A stretch of DNA of 64,000 bases from an uncultured Acidobacteriota bacterium (GTDB lineage Bacteria > Acidobacteriota > Terriglobia > Acidiferrales > UBA7541): NCBI GenBank assembly GCA_963749435.1, contig CAVVMU010000010.1, positions 570,678 to 634,677 on the forward strand. Direction: 5' to 3'. Below the pieces are notes generated by a model that worked only from the letters and a program-made list of their open reading frames with translations, had not been told where the DNA came from and made no database searches. Both the position numbers and the translations under genes were made by a program. Below are positions 35,441 through 45,584 of the stretch, one piece after another. The first letter of the stretch is position 1. The number at the start of each line of letters is the position of its first letter.

Positions 35441-36562
35441 ATGAGAAAAGAACCGATGCGCATACAGGAAGTGACATTGCGGGAAGTGCGAATGAAGCTG
35501 ATCGCTCCATTCGAAACGAGTACCGATCGCACGGATGAGCGGCGCATCATCCTGACGGAAGTCGTGACGGACGGCGCCGTCGGGTGGGGCGAATGCGTAG
35601 CGGGAGAAAAGCCTTTTTATAGTCCGGAGACCACCGATACGACATGGATTGTGATGCGCGATTTCCTCTGGCCGATGATTAAAGGCCAAGAAATCGCGGC
35701 GGCTGCAAACGTTTGGGAGATGCTCGAACAAGTGCGCGGCCACAACATGGCCAAAGCCGCGCTGGAGTCGGCGATTTGGGACGCGGAAGCCAAACAGAAA
35801 GGTGTGCCGCTTTCAAAATTGCTCGGGGGAACGCGGGACGAAATCTCGAGCGGAGTTTCGATCGGGATTAAGGATTCGCTGGATGAACTGGCGGCCGCGG
35901 TGAGGAAAGAACTTTCCGCCGGTTATCAGCGCGTCAAAATCAAAATCAAGCCGGGTAAAGAGCTGCCGCAGGTCAAGCGCCTGCGCGAAGAGTTTCCCAC
36001 TATCAAGTTAATGGTCGACGCCAACTCCGCGTACCGGATGGAAGACTGGCCGCTGCTCAAGGAGTTGGAACACTTCTATTTGATGATGATTGAGCAGCCG
36101 CTGGGCTGGGACGATTTGTACGCTCATGTTGAACTGCAGAAAAAATTGGCGACGCCCATTTGCCTGGACGAGTGCATCCACACCGAAGAACAGGCGCGCG
36201 CGGCGATCCTTCTGGGCGCATGCAAGATCATCAACATCAAAATGGGGCGCGTTGGCGGCCACACCGTGGCGAAGCGCATCCACGATCTGTGCCAGCAAAA
36301 TGGAATGCCTGTCTGGTGTGGCGGAATGCTGGAGTCGGGAATCGGACGCGCGCACAACATCGCGCTTTCAACCCTCGCGAACTTCACCCTGCCGGGTGAC
36401 GTCACTGCCAGCCGTCGGTACTGGCACGAAGACATTATCGAGCCAGAAGTGACCGTCTCTCCCCAAGGTACGATTCGCGTGCCGACGGGACCTGGTATCG
36501 GTTTCGAGCCGCGCCGCGACTTCATCGAAAAACTCACCGTGCGGAAAGAGCGGCTGGTCTGA
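35441..36562 (+). CDS. Enolase-superfamily o-succinylbenzoate synthase / N-acylamino-acid racemase (MenC family)
   Basis: 373-aa ORF with VGWGECVA, YQRVKIKIKPG (KxK), LMVDANSAY, MIEQPL, ICLDECI and INIKMGRVGG, the characteristic metal and acid/base residue blocks. Confidence 0.85.
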   Translation: MRKEPMRIQEVTLREVRMKLIAPFETSTDRTDERRIILTEVVTDGAVGWGECVAGEKPFYSPETTDTTWIVMRDFLWPMIKGQEIAAAANVWEMLEQVRGHNMAKAALESAIWDAEAKQKGVPLSKLLGGTRDEISSGVSIGIKDSLDELAAAVRKELSAGYQRVKIKIKPGKELPQVKRLREEFPTIKLMVDANSAYRMEDWPLLKELEHFYLMMIEQPLGWDDLYAHVELQKKLATPICLDECIHTEEQARAAILLGACKIINIKMGRVGGHTVAKRIHDLCQQNGMPVWCGGMLESGIGRAHNIALSTLANFTLPGDVTASRRYWHEDIIEPEVTVSPQGTIRVPTGPGIGFEPRRDFIEKLTVRKERLV

Positions 36563-36566
36563 GGCA

Positions 36567-37532
36567 GTGCTCGTCCAGTTTTCCAGAGGGCGCGCGCCCA
36601 GCCGTCCAGTCATTGCCCTCCTGATCGGCGTTATCGTCACGATTTGGGCGGTCAACTTTATCGCCGCAAAGATCGGGTTGCGTTCTTTCCCCCCTCTGAC
36701 GATGGCTTCGTTCCGCGTGTGCGGCGCGGGCGTGGTTATGGTGCCTTTCTATCTATGCGTCCGGCGGCTTCGGCTGGCCTCGTTTGCCGAGACCGAAGCT
36801 GTTTCCAAGCGGGGATTCACGCGGCGCGATGCCTGGACGTTCCTTTACCTGGGATTTTTCGGTGTCAGCGTGAACCAATTCTGCTTCACGCTTGGATTGC
36901 ACTACACCGCGGTCAGCCATTCCGCAGTCATCGTGGGCATGGGGCCCATTTACACGCTCATTCTGGCGGTATTGCTGCGTTTGGAGAGACCTACGTGGCA
37001 CAAAGCTGTGGGCATGGCCATTGCCTTCACGGGAATCGCTGTACTCGCTTCGGAGCACGGTATTTCCGCCCATACCCCATCTCTGCTTGGCGACGCGATC
37101 ACCATGACGGGTTCTGTGGGCTTTGCAACCTATGCGGTGCTCGGCAAGCGTGTCGCGGGCGAATACGATGCGCTGACCATGACAGCTTACAACCACTTTG
37201 CCGGCGCTCTGATCTTGCTCCCGCTGGCCGTCCATCAGGCGTTGATGTTGGGATCAGCGGGGAATTGGCGGGCTGTTCCGTGGCAGGCATGGGCCGCCAT
37301 CCTCTATATGGGACTGTTTGGGTCGGCGGTCGCTTATGTCCTTTATTACTGGCTACTTCGTTATCTGGAAGCCTCGCAGTTGAGCGCCTTCACTTATCTG
37401 CTGCCTGTCCTCGCGTCGATTCTCGGCATTCTGGCGCTGGGGGAGAAGGGGTCCTGGACGCAGGTAGCAGGGGGAGCGCTCGCCCTAGGCGGCGTTTATT
37501 GGACCGAGTCCGGCAGGGTCGCCCCAAGTTAG
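36567..37532 (+). CDS. DMT-superfamily (EamA) transporter
   Basis: 321-aa polytopic ORF with two EamA-like halves. The overlapping ORF 36644..37564 in another frame has Arg/Gly-rich junk composition and is rejected. Confidence 0.8.
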   Translation: MLVQFSRGRAPSRPVIALLIGVIVTIWAVNFIAAKIGLRSFPPLTMASFRVCGAGVVMVPFYLCVRRLRLASFAETEAVSKRGFTRRDAWTFLYLGFFGVSVNQFCFTLGLHYTAVSHSAVIVGMGPIYTLILAVLLRLERPTWHKAVGMAIAFTGIAVLASEHGISAHTPSLLGDAITMTGSVGFATYAVLGKRVAGEYDALTMTAYNHFAGALILLPLAVHQALMLGSAGNWRAVPWQAWAAILYMGLFGSAVAYVLYYWLLRYLEASQLSAFTYLLPVLASILGILALGEKGSWTQVAGGALALGGVYWTESGRVAPS

Positions 37533-37623
37533 AAGTCAGAGTCTGCGTGTTCTTGAATCTATAGGGTGGCATGCGACACGAACAGCATCTTCCTTCAAAC
37601 GTGAAAGTGGCAATCCCAGGGGC

Positions 37624-38127
37624 TTACTTCACCTGCAGGGATTCGAGGTAGGCCACCAAGTCGTCGATATGTTGCTGGCCAGTGGGATCGTGATCCGGAT
37701 CGAGCGTCTTAAATCGCGCACCCCAGACCGGCATGTCCATCGAGCCGTGAGCTGCGAGGGACCTTCCAAATTTCACCAACGCCCCTACATAGCCCGACGG
37801 AAACTTGCCTTCGTGGCGCTTGCTGAGAGTCGTCAGATCAGTTGGTGGGGGCTTCAGCGCGGTGGCGGCTGGTCCGTCACCTTTGGCACTCTCCCCGTGG
37901 CAAGCGGCGCAGTACCTAACGTAGGTCTCCTTACCCGCTTGTGTGTCCGGTTGCCTTGCAGGGTGTTTCTGTGGACTTTTCGCCTGCGCCCGGCAGATGC
38001 CGGGGAGCGCCAGGAGCGCTACGCATAGAAGGAATACCTGAAGAGGGAACCTATAGCCCTTAGTGCGTTGCTCCAAATTAATTATGGGAGTCAGCTGCAA
38101 AGTCATTCCTCGGTCGGATACTACCAC
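37624..38127 (-). CDS. Class I c-type cytochrome, secreted
   Basis: Signal-like hydrophobic segment, a single haem motif YCAACHG, and a distal Met region (GSMDMPVWG). Confidence 0.75.
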   Translation of the reverse strand: MVVSDRGMTLQLTPIINLEQRTKGYRFPLQVFLLCVALLALPGICRAQAKSPQKHPARQPDTQAGKETYVRYCAACHGESAKGDGPAATALKPPPTDLTTLSKRHEGKFPSGYVGALVKFGRSLAAHGSMDMPVWGARFKTLDPDHDPTGQQHIDDLVAYLESLQVK

Positions 38128-38377
38128 GGCCTCAATCAGCCGTGCCCTGCCGAGTTAGGCGGAACACACAAAATGGCTGAAGTATCCCGCGGGGGGCGGG
38201 CTTCAGCCAATTAGGCGCGGCTCCGGGCCAAGGTCAGAATTAGAAAGCTTAGCAATCGGACCTCCGTGCAGCCTCCGTTGACCCGTAATGTGGGGCGTGT
38301 TAGCTTGCCGAGTCTTACTCAGAGAAGCTGGGCCGGCAGAATCAGGATGCCCCGCTCCGAGAGGCCAAGTCTTTCGC

Positions 38378-39493
38378 ATGACGACGAAACCGACCAATCC
38401 GGGAGGCAAACTCCCGTTGCGCTGGGGTGGCGAAAAGGCGCGTATTGCCGTTATACCTGGCGACGGAATCGGCAAGGAAGTGACGCCGGAAGCGGTCAAA
38501 GTGCTGCGGGCAGTGACGGCACGGGCCAAGCGGCCGCTGGAGTTCGTGGAATTTGATTGGGGCGCCGACCGCTACCTGAAGGACGGGGTGAGTTTACCCG
38601 CAGGGGCCGTCGAGATGCTGCGGGACGAGTTCGACGCCATATTGTTCGGGGCGCTGGGCGATCCTCGGGTGCCTTCCAACCAGCACGCCGCAGACATCCT
38701 TTTGGGCCTACGCTTCAAGCTGGATCTTTATGTAAATGCACGGCCTGTCGAACTGCTGCATGACCGGCTGACTCCATTGCGTGATCGCAACATGAAAGAC
38801 ATTCACTTCATGGTCTTCCGGGAGAATACGGAAGGGCTCTACGTCGGGGTGGGAGGCTTCTTCAAGAAGGGCACCGCGGACGAAATCGCGATGCAGGAGG
38901 ATGTGAACTCGCGCAAGGGGGTCGAGCGGATCATCCGGTACGCTTACGACTATGCCCGGCAGAACGGACTGACACGGGTCTGCATGAGTGACAAGTCGAA
39001 TGCTATGACGTTCGCGCATGACCTGTGGCAGAGGGTCTTCAAGGAAGTGCGGCAGGAATACCCCAAGATCGAGTCGCGGCATCTTTACATCGATACCTTA
39101 TCGATGGAAGTGGTACGCGATCCGTCGCAGTTCGACGTGATCGTGACGTGCAATCTGTTTGGGGATATCGTCAGCGACCTAGGAGCGCAACTGGCGGGCG
39201 GGCTTGGGCTTGCACCTTCCGGGAATATACATCCTGGCCGGACTTCGCTCTTCGAGCCTGTCCACGGCTCAGCGCCGAACATTGCCGGAAAAGGCATCGC
39301 GAATCCCTTTGGCTCGGTGCTGGCTTCGGCGATGATGCTCGAGTTCCTCGGCTGGAAGGAGGAATCTCAAGTACTACGGGAAGGCGTCAAGTCTGCTTTG
39401 CGTGAGAATTTTGTTACGCCAGATCTTGGCGGACTTAAACGAACAGTTGAAGTTGGAGATTGGCTGGCAGATTTTGCGAAGAAGTCGAACTAA
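38378..39493 (+). CDS. Isocitrate/isopropylmalate-family dehydrogenase (3-isopropylmalate or tartrate/D-malate dehydrogenase-like)
   Basis: RIAVIPGDGIGKEV, VFRENTEGLYVG, NLFGDIVSDL and FEPVHGSAPNIAGKGIANP. EFDWGADRYLKDG resembles the TtuC-type subgroup. ATG at 38378 is preferred over the track start at 38288. Confidence 0.8.
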   Translation: MTTKPTNPGGKLPLRWGGEKARIAVIPGDGIGKEVTPEAVKVLRAVTARAKRPLEFVEFDWGADRYLKDGVSLPAGAVEMLRDEFDAILFGALGDPRVPSNQHAADILLGLRFKLDLYVNARPVELLHDRLTPLRDRNMKDIHFMVFRENTEGLYVGVGGFFKKGTADEIAMQEDVNSRKGVERIIRYAYDYARQNGLTRVCMSDKSNAMTFAHDLWQRVFKEVRQEYPKIESRHLYIDTLSMEVVRDPSQFDVIVTCNLFGDIVSDLGAQLAGGLGLAPSGNIHPGRTSLFEPVHGSAPNIAGKGIANPFGSVLASAMMLEFLGWKEESQVLREGVKSALRENFVTPDLGGLKRTVEVGDWLADFAKKSN

Positions 39494-39549
39494 CGCTACT
39501 TAAAGCAAATCATTAACTGTGATCGCCCGATGATCGCTTGTCCGCTTGT

Positions 39550-40230
39550 CTAGGAATAGCTCACGCTTTGCTTGCGATCTCCTAGGCTTAACCCTGTGAT
39601 CAGCATCCCTAGCAAGAATCCGCCAATGTGCGCCCACCAGGCGACGCCGCCAGTTGCGGAGACTCCCACGGAGCTCACTCCCGCCAAGAACTGAAGCAAG
39701 AACCAGTAGCCGAGGATGATGAACGCTGGGATTGGTACGAAAAATATGAAGACCAGTGTCAGCACTCGAGCCCGGGGAAAAAGAATGATATAGGCACCCA
39801 TGACGCCAGAGATGGCGCCGCTGGCGCCGAGGGCGGGGAGGGTTGAGTGGAAGTTGAAGATAATGTGGGTGATCCCCGAACCGATACCACAGACGAGATA
39901 AAACAGAAGATAGGGAAAGTGGCCGAAGTAGTCTTCCACGTTGTCGCCAAAGATCCATAGAAAGAGCATGTTCCCCGCGATATGCATGAAGCCGCTGTGC
40001 AGGAACATACTGGTGAAAATAGGAACGAGGGCGTGTTCAAGGTTACCGTGGCCAGCGAGGGCGGCTCGGATATGCGACGGAATAGTGGCATTGGCCATGA
40101 CGAAGGCATCGCCCTGGTGAGGGCCCAGGGTGAGCTGGTAAAGAAAGACGATGACGTTCGCCAAAATGAGAAGAGTGTTGACGACAGGGTAGGTGCGCCG
40201 CGGGTTCAGGTCTTTGATGGGGATGAACAT
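39550..40230 (-). CDS. Rhomboid-family intramembrane serine protease
   Basis: 226-aa polytopic ORF with HSGFMHIAGNMLFLW and the catalytic GASGAISGVMGAY. Confidence 0.85.
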   Translation of the reverse strand: MFIPIKDLNPRRTYPVVNTLLILANVIVFLYQLTLGPHQGDAFVMANATIPSHIRAALAGHGNLEHALVPIFTSMFLHSGFMHIAGNMLFLWIFGDNVEDYFGHFPYLLFYLVCGIGSGITHIIFNFHSTLPALGASGAISGVMGAYIILFPRARVLTLVFIFFVPIPAFIILGYWFLLQFLAGVSSVGVSATGGVAWWAHIGGFLLGMLITGLSLGDRKQSVSYS

Positions 40231-40251
40231 GCGATGGAGTCTTCTGCCAGC

Positions 40252-41184
40252 CTAGGGGAAAGCGGCCCGGTTGCGCCGTCCTTTGCGTTGAAGTCTTTCA
40301 ATTTTGTCTAAAGCAGAAATTCCACCTCGAGCACCGAGTGCTTCGCAGTTCAAACCTGCCGCGGCGCAAGAGAAATCGAGAATGCGCTGCAACTCCCATC
40401 CGTGCAAGATGCCGTAAGAGAACCCGGCATGAAATACGTCGCCAGCGCCGGTGGTGTCCCTGACCCGCACTTTGTAGGAGGGAGAATACCAGAAACGAAG
40501 GCCGTCCCAGGCTAGGGCGCCATCAATGCCAAGTGTGGCACAGACGGCGCGGCAGCCGAACTTGCGTTTAAGGAGGGGAAGAGCTTTCAGTATGTCGGGT
40601 TCGCCGGTAGCGGCGCAGGGGAAGTCGCGGGAGGTGACGGGATAATCCACGAGGCGGAGAAGCGGAGAGAGATTGGATGACCAACGATCGACGTCGGCGA
40701 CGACAGGAATCTTGGCGGAGCGGGCCCAGGAGGCGGCTTGGCGGTTGGCAGCGGGGTCGCTTCCATCGATGTGGAGCAGGCGGGCTGAAGTTATCCAGCC
40801 TCGTTGAAGGAAGGAGCGGGGAAGAGCGAGGTTTGTATCCCGACGACTAACTACCGTACGCTCGCCGGATTCTGCTTCCACGAAGATAAAGGAGAGATGG
40901 CTGAGAGTTTCCGGGATATTGGCAAGATGGCAGGCGACACCCTCTTGCCGGAGGTCGCGGCGGTGCAATTGGGCGGCATGGTCGCCTCCAACGCAACCGA
41001 CGTAATGGGTGCGGAGGCCCCAACGCTGGCAGGCAATCAGGGTGGTAGCCACCTGACCGCCGAGCATGATCTGCGTGCCGAGAGCTTCGACCTTGGAGCC
41101 GAGAGCAGGGAATTGCGCAACTTGCAAAACGGTGTCGGTGGCGTTCTCGCCGATGCCGAGGATGTCGAATCGAGGCGATGGCAT
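40252..41184 (-). CDS. PfkB-family carbohydrate kinase
   Basis: 310-aa ORF with GGQVATT-type N-terminal motif and C-terminal DTTGAGDVFHAGF. Confidence 0.8.
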   Translation of the reverse strand: MPSPRFDILGIGENATDTVLQVAQFPALGSKVEALGTQIMLGGQVATTLIACQRWGLRTHYVGCVGGDHAAQLHRRDLRQEGVACHLANIPETLSHLSFIFVEAESGERTVVSRRDTNLALPRSFLQRGWITSARLLHIDGSDPAANRQAASWARSAKIPVVADVDRWSSNLSPLLRLVDYPVTSRDFPCAATGEPDILKALPLLKRKFGCRAVCATLGIDGALAWDGLRFWYSPSYKVRVRDTTGAGDVFHAGFSYGILHGWELQRILDFSCAAAGLNCEALGARGGISALDKIERLQRKGRRNRAAFP

Positions 41185-41586
41185 AATGTAGTGGTGCAGG
41201 GTATCGGAAGAAAAGGAAAATGCAAAGAGGGATGAGCGGTGGCTTGTGTCCGATAATGTAGGGCGGAAAAAGAGCTGGTTAACAGAATACAGGAAAGGGG
41301 TTTATTTGCAGATTGGCGCGGGAAATGGAAGGGGCCGGCTGAGATCTGCGACGGAGAGGCAAGGTGTCGACGAGCGGAAGACGACATCCCCATCCTTTCG
41401 AATGTGGCGAGGAACCCGCATGAGCGCAACTGGAACCGCATGCGAGGAATATCAAGAGCCCCATTCTCGCGAGCGAGTCCTATGGAGTTTCTCTGAATAG
41501 CATCACGTAAACATTGCGCGGCGCGAGCGTGTATGGTAATTAAATTAGCTCTGCGTGTGCGTGCGGAACGGACGTAACTCTTCACG

Positions 41587-42360
41587 ATGTCCGGTGCAGC
41601 GTCGGCGCGCCGACTGCTCATGCCTGCCAGGGAAACGGAAGCCATCATCTTGAAGACCTTTTCGCTTGGAGAGGCGGACCGCCTAGTGAGTTTCTTCGGG
41701 CGAACGTCGGGGCGGATGCGCGGCGTGGCTTCCGGAGCGCGCCGGATCAAAAATCGCTATGGCTCGACGCTGGAGATTCTGTCCCACGTCCAGCTCTGGT
41801 ACATCGAAAAAGAGACGCGCGATCTGGTGCGCATCCAGCAATGTGAGTTGCTGGAATCGTTTCACAAGTCGCAGAGCGATTACGAGTTGAGCACCGGGCT
41901 GGCGGTGGTCAGTGAAGTTTCCGAGCAGGTGCTCCCTGAGCATGAAACGGCCGAGGCCATGTTCCGGCTGCTACTGCTCACGGTTCGGGAAATCGAACGC
42001 ACGGGAGCCTGGCAGTTGCCTCTGAGCTATTTCGCATTCTGGACGGTGCGCTTGGGGGGATGGCTGCCGCAGTTCGATCGATGTGCTTCGTGCGGGGCAA
42101 TGTTCGGATCGCAAGCCGCTTTCCATGCACCGTGGGAGCCGGGGTTGTTTTGCGAGAAATGCCGGCGTGGCGGGATGCGCCCTCTGCATCTAGAGGGGAG
42201 GCAACTCGCCGAGCGATTTGCTGGAGAGAAGCTCGACAAGATTGAGTTCACGAAAGCCATGCATCAGCCGGCTGCAGAATTGCGGCAGGCTTCGCTGAAC
42301 TGGATTGAGAATCATACAGAGAAGCCGCTAGCGACACGAAAGCTCCTGGAGACGACTTGA
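41587..42360 (+). CDS. recO: DNA repair protein RecO
   Basis: 257-aa ORF with OB-fold N-terminus ([20 protein letters not shown]) and a Cys4 zinc motif (CASCG...CEKC). It overlaps the glyQ start. Confidence 0.88.
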   Translation: MSGAASARRLLMPARETEAIILKTFSLGEADRLVSFFGRTSGRMRGVASGARRIKNRYGSTLEILSHVQLWYIEKETRDLVRIQQCELLESFHKSQSDYELSTGLAVVSEVSEQVLPEHETAEAMFRLLLLTVREIERTGAWQLPLSYFAFWTVRLGGWLPQFDRCASCGAMFGSQAAFHAPWEPGLFCEKCRRGGMRPLHLEGRQLAERFAGEKLDKIEFTKAMHQPAAELRQASLNWIENHTEKPLATRKLLETT

Positions 42361-43301
42361 CAGCTAAAGTAAAACTTGAGAAAAAACCGATCGGCCTAAA
42401 CTTTCAAGATTTAGTTTTGAAACTCTCGCATTTCTGGGTGAAGCAAGGTTGCGTGCTGCAGCAGCCGTATGACGTGGAAGTAGGCGCAGGCACGATGCAT
42501 CCGGAAACGTTTCTGCGGGTGCTTGGGCCAGCACCGTATCGCGTTGCCTACGTACAACCCAGCCGCCGCCCCGCCGATGGTAGGTACGGCGAGAACCCCA
42601 ACCGGCTGTATAAGCACACACAATTTCAAGTCATCCTGAAGCCGTCTCCCGCCGATGTGCAGGATCTTTACCTGCAGAGTCTAGGCGCCATTGGCATTAC
42701 GTTGAAAGAGCACGACATTCGCTTTGAGGAAGATAACTGGGAGTCGCCTACGCTTGGCGCGTGGGGTATCGGCTGGCAAGTCTTGCTGGATGGATTGGAG
42801 ATAACTCAGTTCACCTACTTCCAGCAAAGCGGCGGAATTGACCTAGACCCAATCTCCGTCGAATTGACCTATGGGCTGGAACGGATCTGTCAGTTCCTCC
42901 AGGACGCCTCGAGTGTGTACGACTTGCGATGGTCCGCGGACAAGACCTACGGAGAGATTCGTTTGGCGGAGGAGCAGCAATTCTCCGAGTACAGCTTCAA
43001 TCGCAGTGATGCGAAAGCGATTCGAGCCGAATTTGAACTGTACGAAAAACAGGCCAAGGAGTTGATTGATGGGTTTGCCGGAACGGAGGGGAAGGAGCGA
43101 GCGCGATATCCACTTCTTCCGGCCTACGACCACTGCCTGAAATGCTCGCACCTGTTTAATTTGATGGATGCACGAGGAGTGATCTCCACAACGGAGCGCG
43201 CCGCGCTGATGGCGCGAGTGCGTACGTTGGCCTGCCGCGGCGCCGCGGCATATTTAGAACAGATCGGTGGGCCATCCGTGCGCCGGGAGGTGCGGGGATG
43301 A
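42357..43301 (+). CDS. glyQ: Glycine--tRNA ligase alpha subunit
   Basis: [39 protein letters not shown]...[17 protein letters not shown], a highly conserved GlyQ sequence. Confidence 0.96.
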   Translation: MTAKVKLEKKPIGLNFQDLVLKLSHFWVKQGCVLQQPYDVEVGAGTMHPETFLRVLGPAPYRVAYVQPSRRPADGRYGENPNRLYKHTQFQVILKPSPADVQDLYLQSLGAIGITLKEHDIRFEEDNWESPTLGAWGIGWQVLLDGLEITQFTYFQQSGGIDLDPISVELTYGLERICQFLQDASSVYDLRWSADKTYGEIRLAEEQQFSEYSFNRSDAKAIRAEFELYEKQAKELIDGFAGTEGKERARYPLLPAYDHCLKCSHLFNLMDARGVISTTERAALMARVRTLACRGAAAYLEQIGGPSVRREVRG

Positions 43302-45451
43302 GCGCCGCCAAGGAAAAGGTCATCGACAAGCGAGTTGAAGTTTTGCTTGAAGTAGGGAGCGAGGAGATTCCGGCCGGAATGTTGCCCAAAGCGGAAGAGG
43401 ATTTACGCGCGAACCTGGAGAAGTTGCTGGCCGCAGAGAACCTCTCGGACGGGGTGAGCGTTGAAACTTTCAGCGCGCCGCGCCGGCTCGTCGCCCATGT
43501 GCGGGGAGTTCGCGAGAAACAAGCGGATGTCGTGAATGAAGTGACGGGCCCGCCGAAGTCAGTGGCTTACGATGCTGTCGGCGAGCCGACACGCGCTGCG
43601 ATCAGCTTTGCGGAGAAGCAGGGGCTCACGCTGAAGGAACTTTACGTCGTGAAGACTCCCAAGGGCGAATACCTGGCCGCGAAGCAAGTGAAGCGGGGGC
43701 GCACGGCGGAGCAGATACTGAGCGAAATTCTTCCGCGGGTGATCCATGACCTATCCTGGCCGCGCTCGATGACCTGGACGGGAATTGATGGCGCACGATT
43801 CATTCGGCCGATTCGGTGGATTGTCGCGGTCGTGAACGGCAAACCGCTGAAGTTTTCATTCGCGGGTGTCACAGCCGGGGACACAACGCTCGGCCATCGG
43901 TTTCTAGGCAAAGGACCGCTCCGCGTGAAGGACTTCGCGGACTTCGAAAAGAAGCTGAAGGCGAATGGCGTGATTGTTCGCCCTGCGGAACGCAGAGAGA
44001 AAATCTCGAAAGAACTAGCGGCGCACGCGAAGAAGGGCGGTTATCGGGTCCACGAAGACGCGGAACTCCTAAAGCTCGTTACCTATCTCAATGAATGCCC
44101 GAGCGTGCTGGAGGGAGATTTCGATCCTGCGTACCTTGCCTTACCAGACGAGATTTTGATTACCGTGATGCGCGGCCACCAGAAATATTTTGCGGTCGAG
44201 AAGCGGAACGGGGAAGTGGCGCCGCACTTTCTAGCGGTAATCAATTTGCCCCGGGACCCCAAGGGGTTGGTGCGAGCGGGACACGAACGGGTATTGCGAG
44301 CCAGGTTGGCGGACGCGCAATTTTTCTGGGAGTCGGATCAGAAATGTCGGCTCGCCGACTATCTGCCGAAACTGGAACGCGTCACGTATGAATCCCGGTT
44401 GGGGAGTTACCGGGACAAAGTCGAGCGGGTGCGAGCGATTGCACGCTGGCTTTCCGAGCAATGGTTCGACCGCGGGCTTATCCAAGCGCATGTGTCGGAG
44501 GCGGATCGCGCTGCGGAGCTTTCCAAATGCGACCTCGCTACAGAGATGGTCCGCGAGTTCACGGAGCTGCAAGGAATTGTCGGCGGGCTCTATGCGCGAG
44601 CACAGGGCGAGCCGGATGATGTTGCGGACGCGATTTACGACCACTACCGTCCGGTCGGCTTGGAAGATCCCATTCCGCGAAATCTCACGGGCTGCGCCGT
44701 GGCCCTGGGAGACAAACTGGACTCCATTGCGGGGTGCTTCGCCGTTGGTCTGGTTCCAACAGGTTCCAGTGATCCGTATGCTTTACGGCGCGCCGCACTT
44801 GGAGTGGTTAAGATTATTCTTGAGCGCAAACTCCCCGTTTCGATCTCCCTGGCAGTTGGTGCGGCCACGAAGGCACTGCTCACCAATCCGCCGAAACGAG
44901 GCGTCACTCCCGAGCAGGAAGCTCAAGTGGTGGACTTCATCTTGGACCGGGCCAAGTTCGTGCTGCGCGAGCGCGAGAAGTTCAGCTACGACGAAGTGAA
45001 CGCTGTATTCCGGGCCGGAGTGGATGATTTGGTCGACGCTCATAAACGGCTCGTCGCGCTGAAGGCCATTCGCAAGTCGAAGAATTTCGAACCGCTGGCG
45101 GTATCTTTCAAGCGTATCCGGAATATTCTTGAGAAATCGAATTACAAGAAAGAGGAAGCGTACGCGATTCAACCCGACCTATTTGAGAGCGACGTGGAGC
45201 GAGATCTGTTTACGGCAGTGCGTGCCGCCGCGTCCAAAGTGCAAGCAGAGAAGCGCGCAGGGAAATATCAAGAAGCACTTGAAGTTGTAGCCGGGCTGCG
45301 AAAAGCAGTGGACGACTTCTTTGCGGGTGTGATGGTGATGGCAGAGAAGGAAGAGGTAAGGAAGAATCGCCTGGCGTTGCTGTCCGAAATTCTGCGGGAG
45401 TTTACAACTATCGCGGATTTCTCCGAACTCGGTGGAGAGGAACGGAAGTAA
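43298..45451 (+). CDS. glyS: Glycine--tRNA ligase beta subunit
   Basis: 717-aa ORF overlapping the glyQ stop. [14 protein letters not shown] and ...MRGHQKYF... blocks are typical of GlyS. Confidence 0.95.
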   Translation: MSAAKEKVIDKRVEVLLEVGSEEIPAGMLPKAEEDLRANLEKLLAAENLSDGVSVETFSAPRRLVAHVRGVREKQADVVNEVTGPPKSVAYDAVGEPTRAAISFAEKQGLTLKELYVVKTPKGEYLAAKQVKRGRTAEQILSEILPRVIHDLSWPRSMTWTGIDGARFIRPIRWIVAVVNGKPLKFSFAGVTAGDTTLGHRFLGKGPLRVKDFADFEKKLKANGVIVRPAERREKISKELAAHAKKGGYRVHEDAELLKLVTYLNECPSVLEGDFDPAYLALPDEILITVMRGHQKYFAVEKRNGEVAPHFLAVINLPRDPKGLVRAGHERVLRARLADAQFFWESDQKCRLADYLPKLERVTYESRLGSYRDKVERVRAIARWLSEQWFDRGLIQAHVSEADRAAELSKCDLATEMVREFTELQGIVGGLYARAQGEPDDVADAIYDHYRPVGLEDPIPRNLTGCAVALGDKLDSIAGCFAVGLVPTGSSDPYALRRAALGVVKIILERKLPVSISLAVGAATKALLTNPPKRGVTPEQEAQVVDFILDRAKFVLREREKFSYDEVNAVFRAGVDDLVDAHKRLVALKAIRKSKNFEPLAVSFKRIRNILEKSNYKKEEAYAIQPDLFESDVERDLFTAVRAAASKVQAEKRAGKYQEALEVVAGLRKAVDDFFAGVMVMAEKEEVRKNRLALLSEILREFTTIADFSELGGEERK

Positions 45452-45584
45452 GGGAACATAAAGTTTTGCTTTAATTCACTACAGACGAGGAACGTCGGCG
45501 TGCCGACAAATTTTTCCGGCCGTCGTGCAGAGGGCAGTCGCTGGACAGTTTTCAAAATTTCAAAAAAGACAAGCGAGGAATACA

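Noticed and set aside
36644-37564. 306-aa ORF overlapping the DMT transporter in another frame
   Set aside because: Arg/Gly/Cys-rich composition with no membrane or domain logic. The 36567..37532 frame gives a coherent 10-TM EamA protein.
41037-41750. 237-aa minus-strand ORF spanning the pfkB-recO gap and the recO start
   Set aside because: Ser/Arg/Pro-rich low-complexity translation that overlaps two real genes.
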